Shown piece after piece: positions 25,388-37,515 of a stretch of DNA of 64,000 bases. How positions within the stretch are numbered: the stretch's first letter is position 1; each line of letters begins with the position of its first letter. A program made the translations under genes and the position numbers. The stretch lies in NCBI RefSeq assembly GCF_964204645.1, contig NC_134034.1, positions 10,304,962-10,368,961 of the forward strand, in the 5' to 3' direction. The notes beneath the pieces were generated by a model that did not search any database, was not told the origin of the DNA, and saw only the letters and a list, made by a program, of their open reading frames with translations. This DNA is from Tubulanus polymorphus. Lineage: Eukaryota > Animalia > Nemertea.

Positions 25388-28300
25388 CTGTATGCGGTAT
25401 CGAAATAGCTTTTAAAGTGCAGGGGTCAGTTGCAAAGTCGAGGCTTAGATTTAAGACCAGTCTAAGCTCATTTTGGTTCTGTAGCCAATCTAACTACTTA
25501 ACACTAGTCTAAGCTCATTTCGGTTCTCTAATAGTCAACATTATAAGAATTTAAAACCAGTCTCGAGATAATTTTGGTTTTGCTGCCAATCTAACAATTT
25601 AAGACTAGTCTTAAGCTCATTTTTGTTCTCCAATTGCCAATCCCACAACTAAAAACCAGTCAATGCTCATGTTGGTTCTATTTAACTTAAGACTAGTCTT
25701 ATGATTGAAGATGACTTCACAACTGAAGTCGCGATTGCTGCTAATCGACCACCTGCATCTATTTCAACCGAGTAATATATATATATCCATCGCTAAATTA
25801 CGTACTAAATGAAATAAAAGTCGAATCGAAGTTCTTTGACCGCTATGAGCTGGTTCGAGATTCTGAGAGTAGCGCTGATATTATTGCTGATAATGTCTTT
25901 TCAAAAGACCTAAGCATACTTGCATATTGTAAAATTACTCCTATGTTAATAAAGCTACTTTAAACAAAAAAAGCGCTGATATGCCGAGAATTGTAGTGTT
26001 CAGCGGTCAAAGTGTTAATCAATTTAACAACTATGCAATGCGTGCAATTTCCTGAAACTCTACCGATAATGTTTTCATGTTCTATTTCATGATATGTCTA
26101 TTTCTCAAAGATAACATTTCAATATACCGCTTGATGCCTTTAATATTTAATTTCATTTTTCTGCTTTTCTTGATATCTCGAACTTGTATCATCCGATGCG
26201 TAAAGCGGGACCTAATTCTATGAAAAATATTTAAGTTTAATGAAAATGGTATTCGAGTGAACTTTTTCATCGAAGTTGATTTTATTGAAAAGAAAATAGA
26301 AGTTGATACGAATGATTGTAAAAAAAATTATAGATTTAAATTTCGTTGAATTTATTTAATTTCTTTTTTTCGTTCTTGTTCCCAGGGGAAACGAGTCGCC
26401 AAATCAGCGATTACAAATTCAAACTACAAAAGTCGGAGCAAGAGGTGTCGATTTTGGAAGCCAGTGTAAGTGAGAAAGAAAAAACAAAATCGATGTATCG
26501 AAAAGAGTTACGGTTGACCTGGTAAACCTAGAAAACAGAAAGGCACATTTGGAAAAAAACAGGGAAAACTAAAGGAATTTTGACAAATCTTGCAAGAAAC
26601 CTGGGCCCGGTTTCATACACTGGTATCAAAGTAATCCCTAGGGGTAAATCCACAATTTGGGTGACAACCGCCATAGTTACAACGAGAAACCATGGTTATA
26701 ACTGACGAATTTCAAAATGTTCCCAGGGACTATTTTTCTTCCACATCTATGAAACCCAGCCCTGGAAAACGAAGGTTACCAGAAAAATCTATGAAAAAAT
26801 TCATGGAAAACTCGGGGAATTTGACAAATATTGCCAAAAATCTGGAGAATTCACAGGGAATGTGGATATTATGCTCTTGAGGTAATTTGTGAATACGTGA
26901 TACGTGGAAAATGAAGAAATTACGAGATTTTCAATGAAGAAATGTCTCGCAATTCACGTGCAGCAGATTAAACCCGGAGAATTTTGTCTTATATCATGGA
27001 AAACTCCGGAAATTCATTATTAGCGGGGAAGATGGCCACCGTGGTTCTTTGGGGCGAATTTCTTTTTTAGCCTCAGTCGTCGTAACGCGTGCGTTTATTT
27101 TTGTTTCAGGTGAATCGGTTAGAAAGTCAAGTGAAACGCTACAAGGCGGCGGCAGAAGGTGCTGAAAAACTCGAGGAGGAGCTGAAAACAGAAAAAAGAC
27201 GAATCGCTCGAGAGGTTCGAAAAATGCGTTCGGTTAATTTGTAAATGGTAGATTCGTCGCGGGGCGGGGGGGGTTCTGGTCGCCCTCGGATGGATAATTT
27301 AGGACAAACACACTGTTTTCTGGCCCTAATCAGACCCGTTTGGAATTATTTTTCGTCTCATCAAAGTTTTCTGACTTAGGAGGGAACATTCGAATTTTGA
27401 AGGCGACCCCTCTTAATTTGTCCTTGCAAGGCAAAAAGCATTGAGTACGGAAGGTTTCACAGAGCTGCCAACTGTTCCTGATTTTCAGTATTTGTTACTC
27501 ATTTATAATGAGAAATACTGATTTGATTTGTTTGATGCATACAGAAATATGAAAGATGTTACTGGGGGTTTTACTGTTGATTACTGATTAATTTGAACAG
27601 ATATATGAAAGATGTTACTGAGGGTCTTACTGTTGATTACTGATTAATTTGAACAGAAATATGAAAGATGTTACCGAAGGTCTTACTGTTGATTACTGAT
27701 TAATTTGAACAGAAATATGAAAGATGTTACTGAGGGTCTTACTGTTGATTACTGATTAATTTGAACAGAAATATGAAAGATGTTACTGAGGGTCTTACTG
27801 TTGATTACTGATTAATTTGAACAGAAATATGAAAGATGTTACTGAGGGTCTTACTGTTGATTACTGATTAATTTGAACAGAAATATGAAAGATGTTACCG
27901 AAGGTCTTACTGTTGATTACTGATTAATTTGAACAGAAATATGAAAGATGTTACTGAGGGTCTTACTGTTGATTACTGATTAATTTGAACAGAAATATGA
28001 AAGATGTTACTGAGGGTCTTACTGTTGATTACTGATTAATTTGAACAGAAATATGAAAGATGTTACTGAGGGTCTTATTGTTGATTACTGATTGATTTGA
28101 ACGGAAATATGAAAGATGTTACTGAGGGTCTTACTGTTGATTACTGATTAATTTGAACAGAAATATGAAAGATGTTACTGGGGGTCTTATTGTTGATTAC
28201 TGATTAATTTGAACGGAAATATGAAAGATGTTACTGAGGGTTTTACTGTTGATTACTGATTAATTTAAACGGAAATATGAAAGATGTTACTGAGGGTCTT

Positions 28301-28688
28301 ACTGTTGATTACTGATTAATTTGAACAGAAATATGAAAGATGTTACTGAGGACCTTACTGGTGATTACTGATTAATTTGAACAGAAATATGAAAGATAAT
28401 ACTGAGGGTCTTACTGTTGATTACCGATTAATTTGAACATTTCATATTTCAATGAAACGTTACTGAAAAAATTCAATTTGTTACTGATGGTGCATTTCCG
28501 AGGTTTGCGGCCTTGGTTCTACTGTATTTGTTCGATAATTACTACCCGGCATTCATTGTATTTGTGCGTGTTTTTTTTTTCAGCTACGCGAGGCCCAGTC
28601 GACGAACGAAGAGCTACAAACGCAGAACAGTCACCTGCAGAAACGATTAGAGAAACTGAAGTCGTCTAGAAATGCGTTGTTGAAATAG
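5891..28688 (+). CDS. LRRFIP2: Leucine-rich repeat flightless-interacting protein (LRRFIP1/2 family), short isoform of ~400 aa
   Basis: Predicted exons: 5891(or 5861)-6016, 16559-16645, 17360-17422, 18010-18111, 20821-20991, 21474-21566, 21906-22020, 24256-24417, [24945-24959], 26386-26465, 27110-27214, 28584-28688. All are GT-AG with consistent phases. Family hallmarks: [12 protein letters not shown]|[111 protein letters not shown]. An invertebrate gene would be co-orthologous to LRRFIP1 and LRRFIP2. Confidence 0.93.
6237..6954. mobile_element. Non-autonomous hAT-like DNA transposon (MITE) with a 6-bp target-site duplication
   Basis: Terminal inverted repeats are cagggatgagaa / ttctcatctctg. 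Identical flanks caacct sit at 6231-6236 and 6955-6960. Confidence 0.65.
7228..7291. repeat. (AT)n microsatellite
   Basis: Pure AT dinucleotide run. Confidence 0.97.
8199..14180 (+). CDS. Giant (~1994-codon) putative alternative first coding exon of the LRRFIP gene, encoding an acidic, low-complexity, likely disordered N-terminus
   Basis: The ORF is uninterrupted for 6 kb (8199-14252) inside LRRFIP intron 1 on the same strand. There is an in-frame TGA 6 nt before the ATG. A strong donor TAC|GTAAGT at 14180/14181 is in phase 0, matching the phase-0 acceptor of the AEQRLAAKR exon at 16559. Composition is E/S/D/V-rich with no TE domains recognised. Confidence 0.75.
15127..15510 (+). repeat. ~41-bp minisatellite (gagtgaaattaaacccacacaactgtggaactggattca)
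   Basis: About 9 degenerate tandem units. The same family occurs in reverse orientation at ~42930-43265 and 63445-64000. Confidence 0.9.
16864..17095 (-). mobile_element. piggyBac-type MITE copy (partial), inverted relative to the copy at 21608-21852
   Basis: It begins TTAA|CCCTTTCAGTGC. 16921-17093 is the reverse complement of ~21667-21835. Confidence 0.65.
17735..17830 (-). mobile_element. LINE 3'-end fragment (same family as 58800-59042)
   Basis: atttacactccaaccatttccatggtatatggaggaaaac is the reverse complement of ~58966-59005. It is followed on the minus strand by AATAAA and a (TATTCG)n tail. Confidence 0.7.
18395..18604. mobile_element. Palindromic insertion flanked by a 12-bp direct repeat
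   Basis: Inverted arms of ~75 bp lie at 18399-18475 and 18489-18564. The direct repeat agagtttgccac occurs at 18383-18394 and 18605-18616. Confidence 0.6.
18710..19233. mobile_element. Foldback/MITE-like long inverted repeat (~250-bp arms)
   Basis: ctaatgtctatttcaacctgac... pairs with ...gtcaggttgaaatagacattag. The arms pair almost continuously to a short loop at ~18974-18990. Confidence 0.85.
21040..21400 (+). repeat. ~81-bp tandem repeat with ~40-bp subrepeats
   Basis: atatgagatatttcgttgacccaatggtgacaaagctaggaatattgagatatctcagaaacgatggtggcaaaaccagaa is repeated ~3-4 times and then degenerates. Confidence 0.9.
21608..21852 (+). mobile_element. piggyBac-type MITE
   Basis: Termini are ccctttcagtgc ... 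gcactgggaggg|TTAA. An inverted copy lies at 16864-17095. Confidence 0.65.
22040..22590 (+). repeat. Polypyrimidine 21-bp minisatellite (ctctatctccctctcccctcc)n
   Basis: About 550 bp of almost pure C/T in an LRRFIP intron. Confidence 0.95.
23385..24065 (+). repeat. 25-bp minisatellite (ttggatccaggtatcagtctgcagc)n
   Basis: About 27 units, most with GGATCC. It produces the repetitive ORFs in all three + frames. Confidence 0.95.
25305..25385. repeat. (AT)n microsatellite
   Basis: Pure AT run. Confidence 0.97.
25424..25725 (+). repeat. Dispersed MITE-like element with internal ~47-bp tandem units (ccagtctaagctcattttggttctatagccaatctaacaacttaaga)
   Basis: The same unit recurs at ~47470-47730 and in reverse at ~59340-59500. 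Related fragments lie at ~1870-1990 and ~35210-35400. Confidence 0.7.
27540..28440 (+). repeat. 56-bp minisatellite (~16 highly similar units)
   Basis: gaaatatgaaagatgttactgagggtcttactgttgattactgattaatttgaaca is repeated in the last LRRFIP intron. It is preceded by the hAT-like end cagagctgccaac at 27460. Confidence 0.95.
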
Positions 28689-28733
28689 TACACCAGCGCG
28701 CGTTGCCGCGGGTGGATTCCGTTTCCATATTAA

Positions 28734-29091
28734 CCCTTAGCTTTCCGAACACTACGGTCAGAATTTCCCGAAATGTCTACCCCGGCCTCGGAAACCCGTG
28801 AGTTCCGCTAGAACACATATTAGACAACATATCCGCTAAGTCTACTGTGGCATCTAACGATCCACCAGGTGTCGCTAGTGTGCAGTAGGACATCGACTAC
28901 TGCGGTGATAGAAGATTCTACTTGAGGCAAGTGAGGATCCACCAGGGGTTGCTAGTGCGCAGTAGCACCCCTTGGTATTTTTGAAAACATCAATACTCAA
29001 AGTTTCAAAGTTGATCATTGCCCGATCGCTGGTGGAAGCGGTCCCCTAGCGGTGGTTTCTATGAAATTCTGGCTAGCTCGGTTGCTGAGGG
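28734..29091. mobile_element. piggyBac-type MITE just downstream of the LRRFIP stop (probable 3' UTR)
   Basis: Termini are TTAA|CCCTTAGC ... GCTGAGGG|TTAG. Confidence 0.5.
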
Positions 29092-29689
29092 TTAGGTAGA
29101 GTTTTATTATAATTGTATATACCTAATAATGTATATGGTTTAACAACAACTACGTGTGATAGCAGTGTGCGTGACGGGGGCCGTGTTGTCCTGAATAGCA
29201 GGCGATTTGATTTTCTAAAATTATTCGGTGCGTATGTTTAGGTGTGGGCGGGTGAAAGGGTGGTTTAACGTGGTCCACTCGTTATGCGCCTGGTGGCTGG
29301 GTATTTGGTCGCAAATTCGATCGGGTCTTGGTCGCTTATCGATGAACCAACGCTACCCACAAACCGCTGGTGCTGCTGGGAGTCTATCGTGAACCTTCGT
29401 TCCCGCTCCCTCGAAATGAGATGTCGGTTTGAAAAAAAAACACCCTGTAAACAATCACTTCGCCTTTGAAGTGTGATAGTGGTTTCGGTTGTAATTTTTT
29501 ATCGCTAAGAAATATTTTGTTTTGTTTTTAAGATGCCAAACAAATCGTTGAAGGGTAGGAAAAAAAAACCGTCTATATTTTGCTGTTTTCCTGTTCGAAA
29601 AAATACTACGAATGTCTTTTCAACAAAATTTTTATTAATCGGATCTGCTTGATTTTAGAAACCGTCACGATCTTCACCCGACGAAATTG

Positions 29690-30250
29690 GGGGTTCCCGG
29701 GGAACGTGGATCTTAGTGACAGTTCCCGGGGAACGTGGATCCTAGTGACAGTTCCCTTTGTGAGCTCCCGAAGAACATGGAGGATCTTAGTGAGAGTTCC
29801 CGGAGAACGTGGATCTTAGTGAGAATTCCCGGGGAATGCGGATCTTAGTGAGAGTTCCCGGGGAACGCGGATCTTAGTGAGAGTTCCCGGGGAACGTGGA
29901 TCTTAGAGTTTCCGGGAACGCGGACCTTAGTGAGAGTTCCCGGGGAACGTGGATCTTAGTGAGAGTTCCCGGGGAACGTGGATCTTAGTGAGAGTTCCCG
30001 GGGAACGTGGATCTTAGTGAGAGTTCCCGGGGAACGCGGATCTTAGTGAGAGTTCCCGGGGAACGTGGATCTTAGAGTTCCCGGGAACGCGGACCTTAGT
30101 GAGAGTTCCCGGGGAACGTGGATCTTAGTGAGAGTTCCCGGGGAACGTGGATCTTAGTGAGAGTTCCCGGGGAACGTGGATCTTAGTGAGAGTTCCCGGG
30201 GAACGCAGACCTTAGTGAGGGTTCCCGGGGAACGTGGATCTTAGTGAGAC
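29690..30250 (+). repeat. 29-bp minisatellite (gttcccggggaacgtggatcttagtgaga)n with a palindromic core
   Basis: About 18 head-to-tail units with no unique spacers. Confidence 0.95.
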
Positions 30251-30511
30251 CCAAACAGGTCGGTTCCCGACTCACACTTTTCACTATGATGATATTGCAT
30301 TTTGATTCGGAGCACTAACATTGCGTCACGCTATTCGACAATATCTTTTCAGAAATCCACCGTATTTATATCCGGAGCTGTAGTATATCTAAATATCATA
30401 TATTGTAACTACGAACGTATCGAAACGATATTCCATCGTGTATCCAACCTATTACTCACAGCCCAAGACAAAAAAGCGAAGCGCATTTTTTTCTCCAAAA
30501 AAATATTAAGT

Positions 30512-30613
<102 letters not shown>

Positions 30614-32471
30614 CTTTCAAAGTATTCGACTTAATTATTAATTGATTTTTTTAACCATTGAAATTTTATTATGAATATAAGTAATTACTATGTAGAATGG
30701 ACGACCACAAATCGTGCGGGGACGTTGTTGTGTTATTGATCGATGAAATCGCTATAGTTGATGCGTGACGGACCTGAAACATATCATTCGTTTTTTGAGA
30801 GAAGTGCTATGAATTTTTATTCCGCCGTCTTGAATACTTATCGTGTGGCTGATCTCCCCCGGGTTTATTGGGTCTGTAATATATATTCGCCGCCTATCCG
30901 TCGTCGTCGGTTTTATAGCCGATCGTGGTCTCGTCGCGCTTTACGATTCTTTTCACGCGTTGGAAAATTTGAAGAAAAAAAAAAATGAAACCAAAAATGT
31001 TCCGCTGTTGCCTGTGTGTTCGGAATCGGTGTGTAGCCTGGGCCCGGTGCAACCCTCCGATATTCGAAACGTTATCGTCATCTCGTTCTAATTCGCGAGT
31101 GTTCGCATTTCGCAAGTGTTCAGTAACTTCATCGTTGGATTAGTCCAAGCTTCATCAGAGAGATTTATCAATTGGAAATGATAAACTACAAACACCAGAC
31201 ATTTTATCAGCACACTTTCAAAAAATAAAATCGCCCGCACTGTTACAACAACATTACAATGAATGAATACATGTATATGAAGGGTGTGCAGGTTCCAGGC
31301 TACAGATTGATAATGAATACCCGTATTGTTTTAGATTCGATTGCTCCACAGCTGATTTAGTACGTTCCAAAGTAACAATTTTTACGACGTGTGAAATTTG
31401 GTTTTAATTCTTAAAAGCTGATATTATTCCGTGCCAATAAAATGCAAGCTTCGCTGATAATACGTGAAGATGACGATTTTTGCCCCCAGAAATGTTCGAT
31501 GAATGGGGGAACCTGCGACTTGTATGGTATACCTAACCGCTCCTGTGGCAATCGACGATTACACTCGTGGCAGGCGAGGATCCGCCATCTGGTGGGATAG
31601 CTGGTGACGCGGGTTCCCCGATGCTTCTAATTCTAAGTTGCCGCCTAGATTGTAAAAGGGGCGAAACCTATTCGTTTGTTTAGCGTAAATTACGAACATT
31701 CTGGTTCTTTCAATGTCCATGTACAGAGATGAATACATTCTATCCTGTCGCGATCTGACTCGAGCGTATTTGGCCGGTGGGTAAACCGTTCAGGCGGGCG
31801 CCAACCCAATAGGGCGCGCGTGCTTTTGACACGTCCCGGGCAAATTTTTTTCACGGGTCGAATTTATTCAGTGTGATTTGCTTCTGATCCCGGAAGTGTC
31901 TCGCTTCGCTTTGTTCAGTATCGAGTGAGTGGTTTACGCGTGAACGCGCTCTCTAAATACGTCACGGGCAAAATTCCACTCCGGCCAAATCGTCCCCGCG
32001 TGATCGCGGCTTATGCTGCATTCATGCGTCGATTCTAAAACGTTTTGCGGAGTCCACGGTTTTAATTCGTGCTTCGAAATCGTGTACATAGAAAAAAAAA
32101 CGTTCTGTTAATATAGTCAGCCCTGACAAGCGGGGAATAATCGGAGATTTTTCGTTCAGTTGTCTTTTAAAGATCCTATAACGAATAAAACGTAATGAAT
32201 AACGTCTATATGTATGGATATTACGATTGAATAAACGATGTACATGTATTGATTAATACGACGAAGAAAAAAAAAACTATTGCAGAAAAATTAAAATCTC
32301 TGTTGAATTGTGATGATTTTGACTGATTAATGATATGAATAATAATTATTATTACTGCTATTAGACACATTTTATGTCGTTTTTTTATGACGGGAAAGTT
32401 TGGCTGCGGGGATCCAGTTTGGCTGCGGGGATCCAGTTTGACTGCGGGGATGCTTCGATCTCGATTTATGT

Positions 32472-34551
32472 TTAGTCTTTAAAGACTCGGGTCTGTCGTC
32501 GGGGTGAATATTTCGCGAATTGACGAAGCGATGCCGTCGGTGGTTGGTCATCCTCCCGTTCTTCACGCCCTCTGATTCGCTGTGTTCTCGGTGACGTAGA
32601 AGACCGCTCTTCGTCCAACTGGCTTCTCTGATTGGTCGGTTGTTTTTTGCGTTGTTTAGGCGTCGGTGTCGTTGATTGGTCGATCGAGTCATCGTCGTCC
32701 CTCCTATGTTTTCGACCGTGAACTGTAGGTGGCGTTGTTTTTTCCAGTGGCGCCGCCCTATCGTCGATCGAATACCTGTATCGCTGAACGATGTCCTGAT
32801 TTCTGATCGTCTGCCGTCGTCTGTCGGGTTTCGTGACCGATCTAACCTTGACCTCTGGCGGCAGCGGCGGCGAGTCCCGTCCGGTGTTTCTCGACGTACG
32901 CCGACCGGATCCGGAAGAGAAGCTGAATCGAGATTTTTTTCGTGGTTTAGGTTTCGGCGGTTCCTTGTTTTCGGTATCCTGCGCCAGGATCAAGGCTAGT
33001 GGCGTAGCGTTGTAAGCCTTGCCGGTCTCGGCCACGTATTTACCGCCGCTCTGACCTGTTTTATCCCGAGTATGAATGAACGACACCGATTTGCTGAAAA
33101 TCGAAGACTACATTTTTTAACATAAAGTCATAACTCACCAATAGTTATAACTCACTGTACAAAATCTAAATCAAATGACACGGCGTTTCGAACTTTCACC
33201 ACAATAGCCATTTGATAAGTTTAAAACCCAGTATATCCAAAATTTAAAAATATTTCCATCAAAAATTCGAAAGTGAGTGTTCGAATCGTTGTGTCTTTCG
33301 ATTGTAAAATTTTTGATCTATAGATTTATTTTCTTATCTTCTACAATTGCCGTATATAGTGGTTTAGACCTACTATCTACTCTCAGAGAGTCAGAGTGTA
33401 CGACCAATTATACTACTACTTTTTGACTAATCTCATTTAGTTATTTTATTGATATCGTTTTCATTAATTCGCGATCTGAAGTTCGGCCCATTGTGAAATA
33501 CTCATGGCGATACTCATGCTGGGCTAGTCATAACTATCGTGCGATCGCGCACTCTGATTTTGCCCGTTCCATGGTACGACCCCTAACCTAACTAAAACTA
33601 ATGGTAGTTTGAAGGCGGCTATAGTTGCTCAAAATTGGTTAAAGCTGGTGGATAAAATGATACCATGCCTGTTCACCAGTTCACAGTTTGAGCAACTGGA
33701 CCCCAGACCCCGCACTATAGCCTACACTTTCGTGATTAATGATCGCTTCGATTATTTGTTTGGGAAATTACGCGTCTACGGAAAAATATTTGGATTCAAA
33801 GCTGAAAGGCAATAGATCATTTTCCTGTGCAGTTGCTAAACGGTAGCGCTTCAAGGGAAGGTGTTACGGTTGTTATGTATTTTTGACTTACTGGTATTGA
33901 CTTCGAGCCTGTGTATTGGCGGCCGCCTGGATACGCTTTCGCTGTCAACAAAGAATAATCGAAAAATATATTTTCTAAAGCAGGAACAAATTCTTAAGTT
34001 TGTGCGTCGAAAATTTGTTTTAACACGTTCTAAAATGGAAATGTCGGTGAAACGATGGGACTCGAACTGAATAGCCGAATTAGCTGGTCAATGTTACTGG
34101 AAGACCATAACGCATATGGACGTTGTTTATAGATGACCATACTAGTTCGAGTCGCGATGAAGTTCGAACCCCGATAACCGACAAGCCCAAAAACTTTTTT
34201 TTACCCTGTAGATAACTCCGGCCACGATGGCAGCTGCGATAGCCATGGCTCCTACGATACTTCCCACTGATATCAGAGCTATCGTCGTCGCCGAGAGGGG
34301 ACTCTGCAATTAAACCAGATCGATAACCATAATTTATCAAAATATGTGGAAAATTGGGGGGCCGGTATCTAAAGATCAGTTAGACTATTGCAGGTGATGG
34401 CTGACCTCGGTCAGAAGTGCTATGTAGTCCTCTAAATCAGCGAGTAGGTTCTCCGGTGAGTACAGAGCCAATAACGCGTCCACGGTGAACTGGGCCAACT
34501 CCGAATCGTCTGAAAAATGAAAACCAACCCATTTTACGTATTCATTGTCGC

Positions 34552-34634
<83 letters not shown>

Positions 34635-37515
34635 ATTAACACAGATCGGTTTCATGAATTTTGTACCTAAACTTGTTTCGGCCGCTACTTTGATGTCGAA
34701 CGCCGGCGTGTCGCCGATAACCGTCTTCTCCTTGGACAAAATGGCATCTGGAAGAAATTTCAAAAACGAATCGTTCGTATATCGGAACTATTAGGAATCC
34801 CAGGACGTATCTAGGCTACGTATGGTGTCTCCGTTTCAGACCTTAATAAACTGTAAAACCAATAGTGAATAGAAGTTTTGGTGAGAGAGGCCATTCCTGC
34901 ACTGGTCCTGATGCTGAGAATACTTTGTCCCATTCTGTTTAAAACCTTGCTTATTGCGCTTTATTAAGGAAATGAATTACTATCATTTTCACTATTATCA
35001 TCTTTATCAGAAGGGTGGTTACCTTGGATACAGAGCAGACGAGATTGTTTGCTACAATCACCGGCTGCTATGACGTTTACTATTTTCTTACGCCAGGCGG
35101 CGCTGATCTCTTCCACTTCCAGCCAACCACAATTGCAAAATACTGTTTTGGACTCGACGTACCTTAGACAAAAACATAAGCTATCCAAAAGCTTCGGGGG
35201 ACTGTTGCCCAGTCGTGGCTGAGACTTAAGACCAGTCTAAGGCCAATTTAGCTACTAGGCCTTCTGGCCAGTTTCATAGTCGAAAGACTCAAGTCCTATT
35301 GTGACTTTAAATTTTAAGACTGGTCTTAAGTTAGTAAATTTTGGGCTATAGAATTGAAAAGGCCTTAGATTGGTCCTAAGTCTGAGCCATGACTATGCAA
35401 CCCGCCCCAGGTTGTAAGAGTTTTTGACGAAAGAGGATTTAGTGGAAACTTACAGTTTTTCCAGCGAGTAGCCGGCCCTCCAGGCGTTCCCTTCGCTAGA
35501 ACCCAACAACACAGCCCTTTAAAACAAGACCACTGACGGTAAAATAACATTTCGCAGAGAGAAATTAAAATTCACCACAATTCATCTTCATTAGGGGCTG
35601 GTTCCGGACTTGTTTGTCATTTTCTTATTTCTGCTGAGCCTAAAAGTTGACCCTGCCAGCCGCCTATCTACCCTGTACATTACTTGCTTTTAAATCATGA
35701 TCAAGCCAACAATAACAGACCCGGCAGCCATAGAAATGATCTGATTACAAATTTTATCGCAGCTTACTAAAAAGACCCCGCCTTTTAGGAGAAACATGTT
35801 ATCATTTTAGCCTTCCCAACTGAATCTAAGTTTTGCTTACTGTTGTTTGGCGGTGTTAAGAAACTCCATGTTGGACGTGGTCAACGGACTGGACGCTGGA
35901 TTCAAGAAGACTTTGCGAGCTTGCATGGCGTTATCCAATTGTAGTAGATCGTATGATAGAAGGGACAAAGAGGAAGGCGTCTGTATAACCCTGTACATAG
36001 AGAAGAACTTGTCATAATCGTAATGATAATCATAATGATAAAACACTATTTCCGTGTTGTGTCGGAGAAAATATCGCGATAATATCGAAAAATTATACTA
36101 CAAAATGTCCTTAATGTTTCCGAGTTATGTTAGGATAGTTAAATCAACGTTTCAACTATATCCTAACAGTCAATGACTTCAGGAATTCTGCAATAATCCC
36201 GGAGATTACTATTGGGTTATTGCCGAAACTACTATAACTCAAAGAAACATTTCAGAATAGTTGTATTAGGGATTTTTATTACACCGCGGATTCAGAAAGT
36301 GTTTCATCAATGGTTATCATGAAGACAACATCCAGTATGCCTGCGCGCGAAGATAGTCGAAACGTTGAATAAACTATACTAGCCCAAGGAATCATATTCG
36401 GACTTAATATCATTTTTCGTTATCATCGTCGGATCCTCTGTAAATCATAATCATGCGAAAAGGTTCATGGATAAACGGCCACGTTTTTTTTAGACTTTTC
36501 ACAGTGGCTTATCCTAGTTTTTAAATATCATTTCTCCATAGATGATTTTCTCCTTTTCTTAGAACGAATACATTAAAAATAGCTGTCGTTATTTAGAAAA
36601 TCTGCTGACCATCCCATACGTACGAGTTCGAAAGATTAGTTGGTTTATCGAATGTCCCTCTGTTCAAAGCAATTAGTTTGTTATGGGTCATCGGCCTGAA
36701 TTAAACAACAACAAAAATGAGGAAGCCATTTAGAGAGCATAAACTTCACTTCATCAAATATAGATATATATATATATATATCACGAACTCACATGAATTT
36801 AACGACGGTTCCGTTTGTGTTGACATCCCTGTCCACCGCAATTACAACATTTTCGGCGAAAGCACTGCAAGAATCGATAGAAAAGATACCGCACGATTGA
36901 ATCGTATTTCAAGATTGTGAATTAGATTTTCTCAGGCCAGTTGCTCAAAAGTTGAATAGGATTAATCAGTGGATAGTTGATATAGTGACAATTAAAAGTT
37001 CATTGTAACTTTGATATTTATCTGCCGGTTATCTTTCACCAACCTTTGAGCAACTGGCCCTGTGTTTGTTATTTCGAATAATACTTACATATTGCCTAAG
37101 TTAACTAATTGTTTGCTGTAGGTGCTGTGCACAGCGGCTAGACGGGTGTCCAGTGAACTTCCACTAAATAGCGATGTACCGGTGACCCGTCTAAAGTTGA
37201 AAAAAGGTTCGGAGTGAGTAAAATTGGCTTCAAATAAACCCCTCACAACTGTGGTACTTGGTCCAGAGACTGATTTGAAACTTACACAAGTCTGATATCG
37301 TAGAATTTCTTTGTGCATACTGAATAATCGTCGATTTCACGGAAACTGACGAAATCGCACGGGATTTCGTCGCCATTTTCCGATTTGCATATTTCTGGAC
37401 ATCTGTTATTGTCCAGAATGCTAGTTTGATTCTGTTCACCTGGTAAACTGTTACATTTAGAAATCGTCACAGATGAATACGCTATAAAGATCAAGATCCA
37501 GATTTTATCTAGCAT
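32472..37515 (-). CDS. Uncharacterised type-I single-pass membrane protein (~536 aa)
   Basis: Predicted minus-strand exons: 37515-37286, 36864-36793, 35990-35841, 35516-35454, 35162-35023, 34747-34667, 34509-34406, 34303-34205, 33941-33892, 33093-32472. All are GT-AG, with phases chaining into one open frame of 1611 nt. The product has a signal peptide MLDKIWILIFIAYSSVTISKC, a TM helix TIALISVGSIVGAMAIAAAIVAGVIY, a stop-transfer RRKR and a basic/Pro-rich tail. Confidence 0.8.
34552..34632. repeat. (CAT)n microsatellite, intronic
   Basis: Pure trinucleotide run. Confidence 0.97.

Noticed and set aside
29690-30250. 29-bp palindromic repeat resembling a CRISPR direct repeat
   Set aside because: Units are head-to-tail with no unique spacers, there are no cas genes, and the context is eukaryotic.
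34510-34642. Poly-Asp N-terminus in ORF 34385-34642
   Set aside because: The (CAT)n run is intronic. The true exon starts at the acceptor at 34509.
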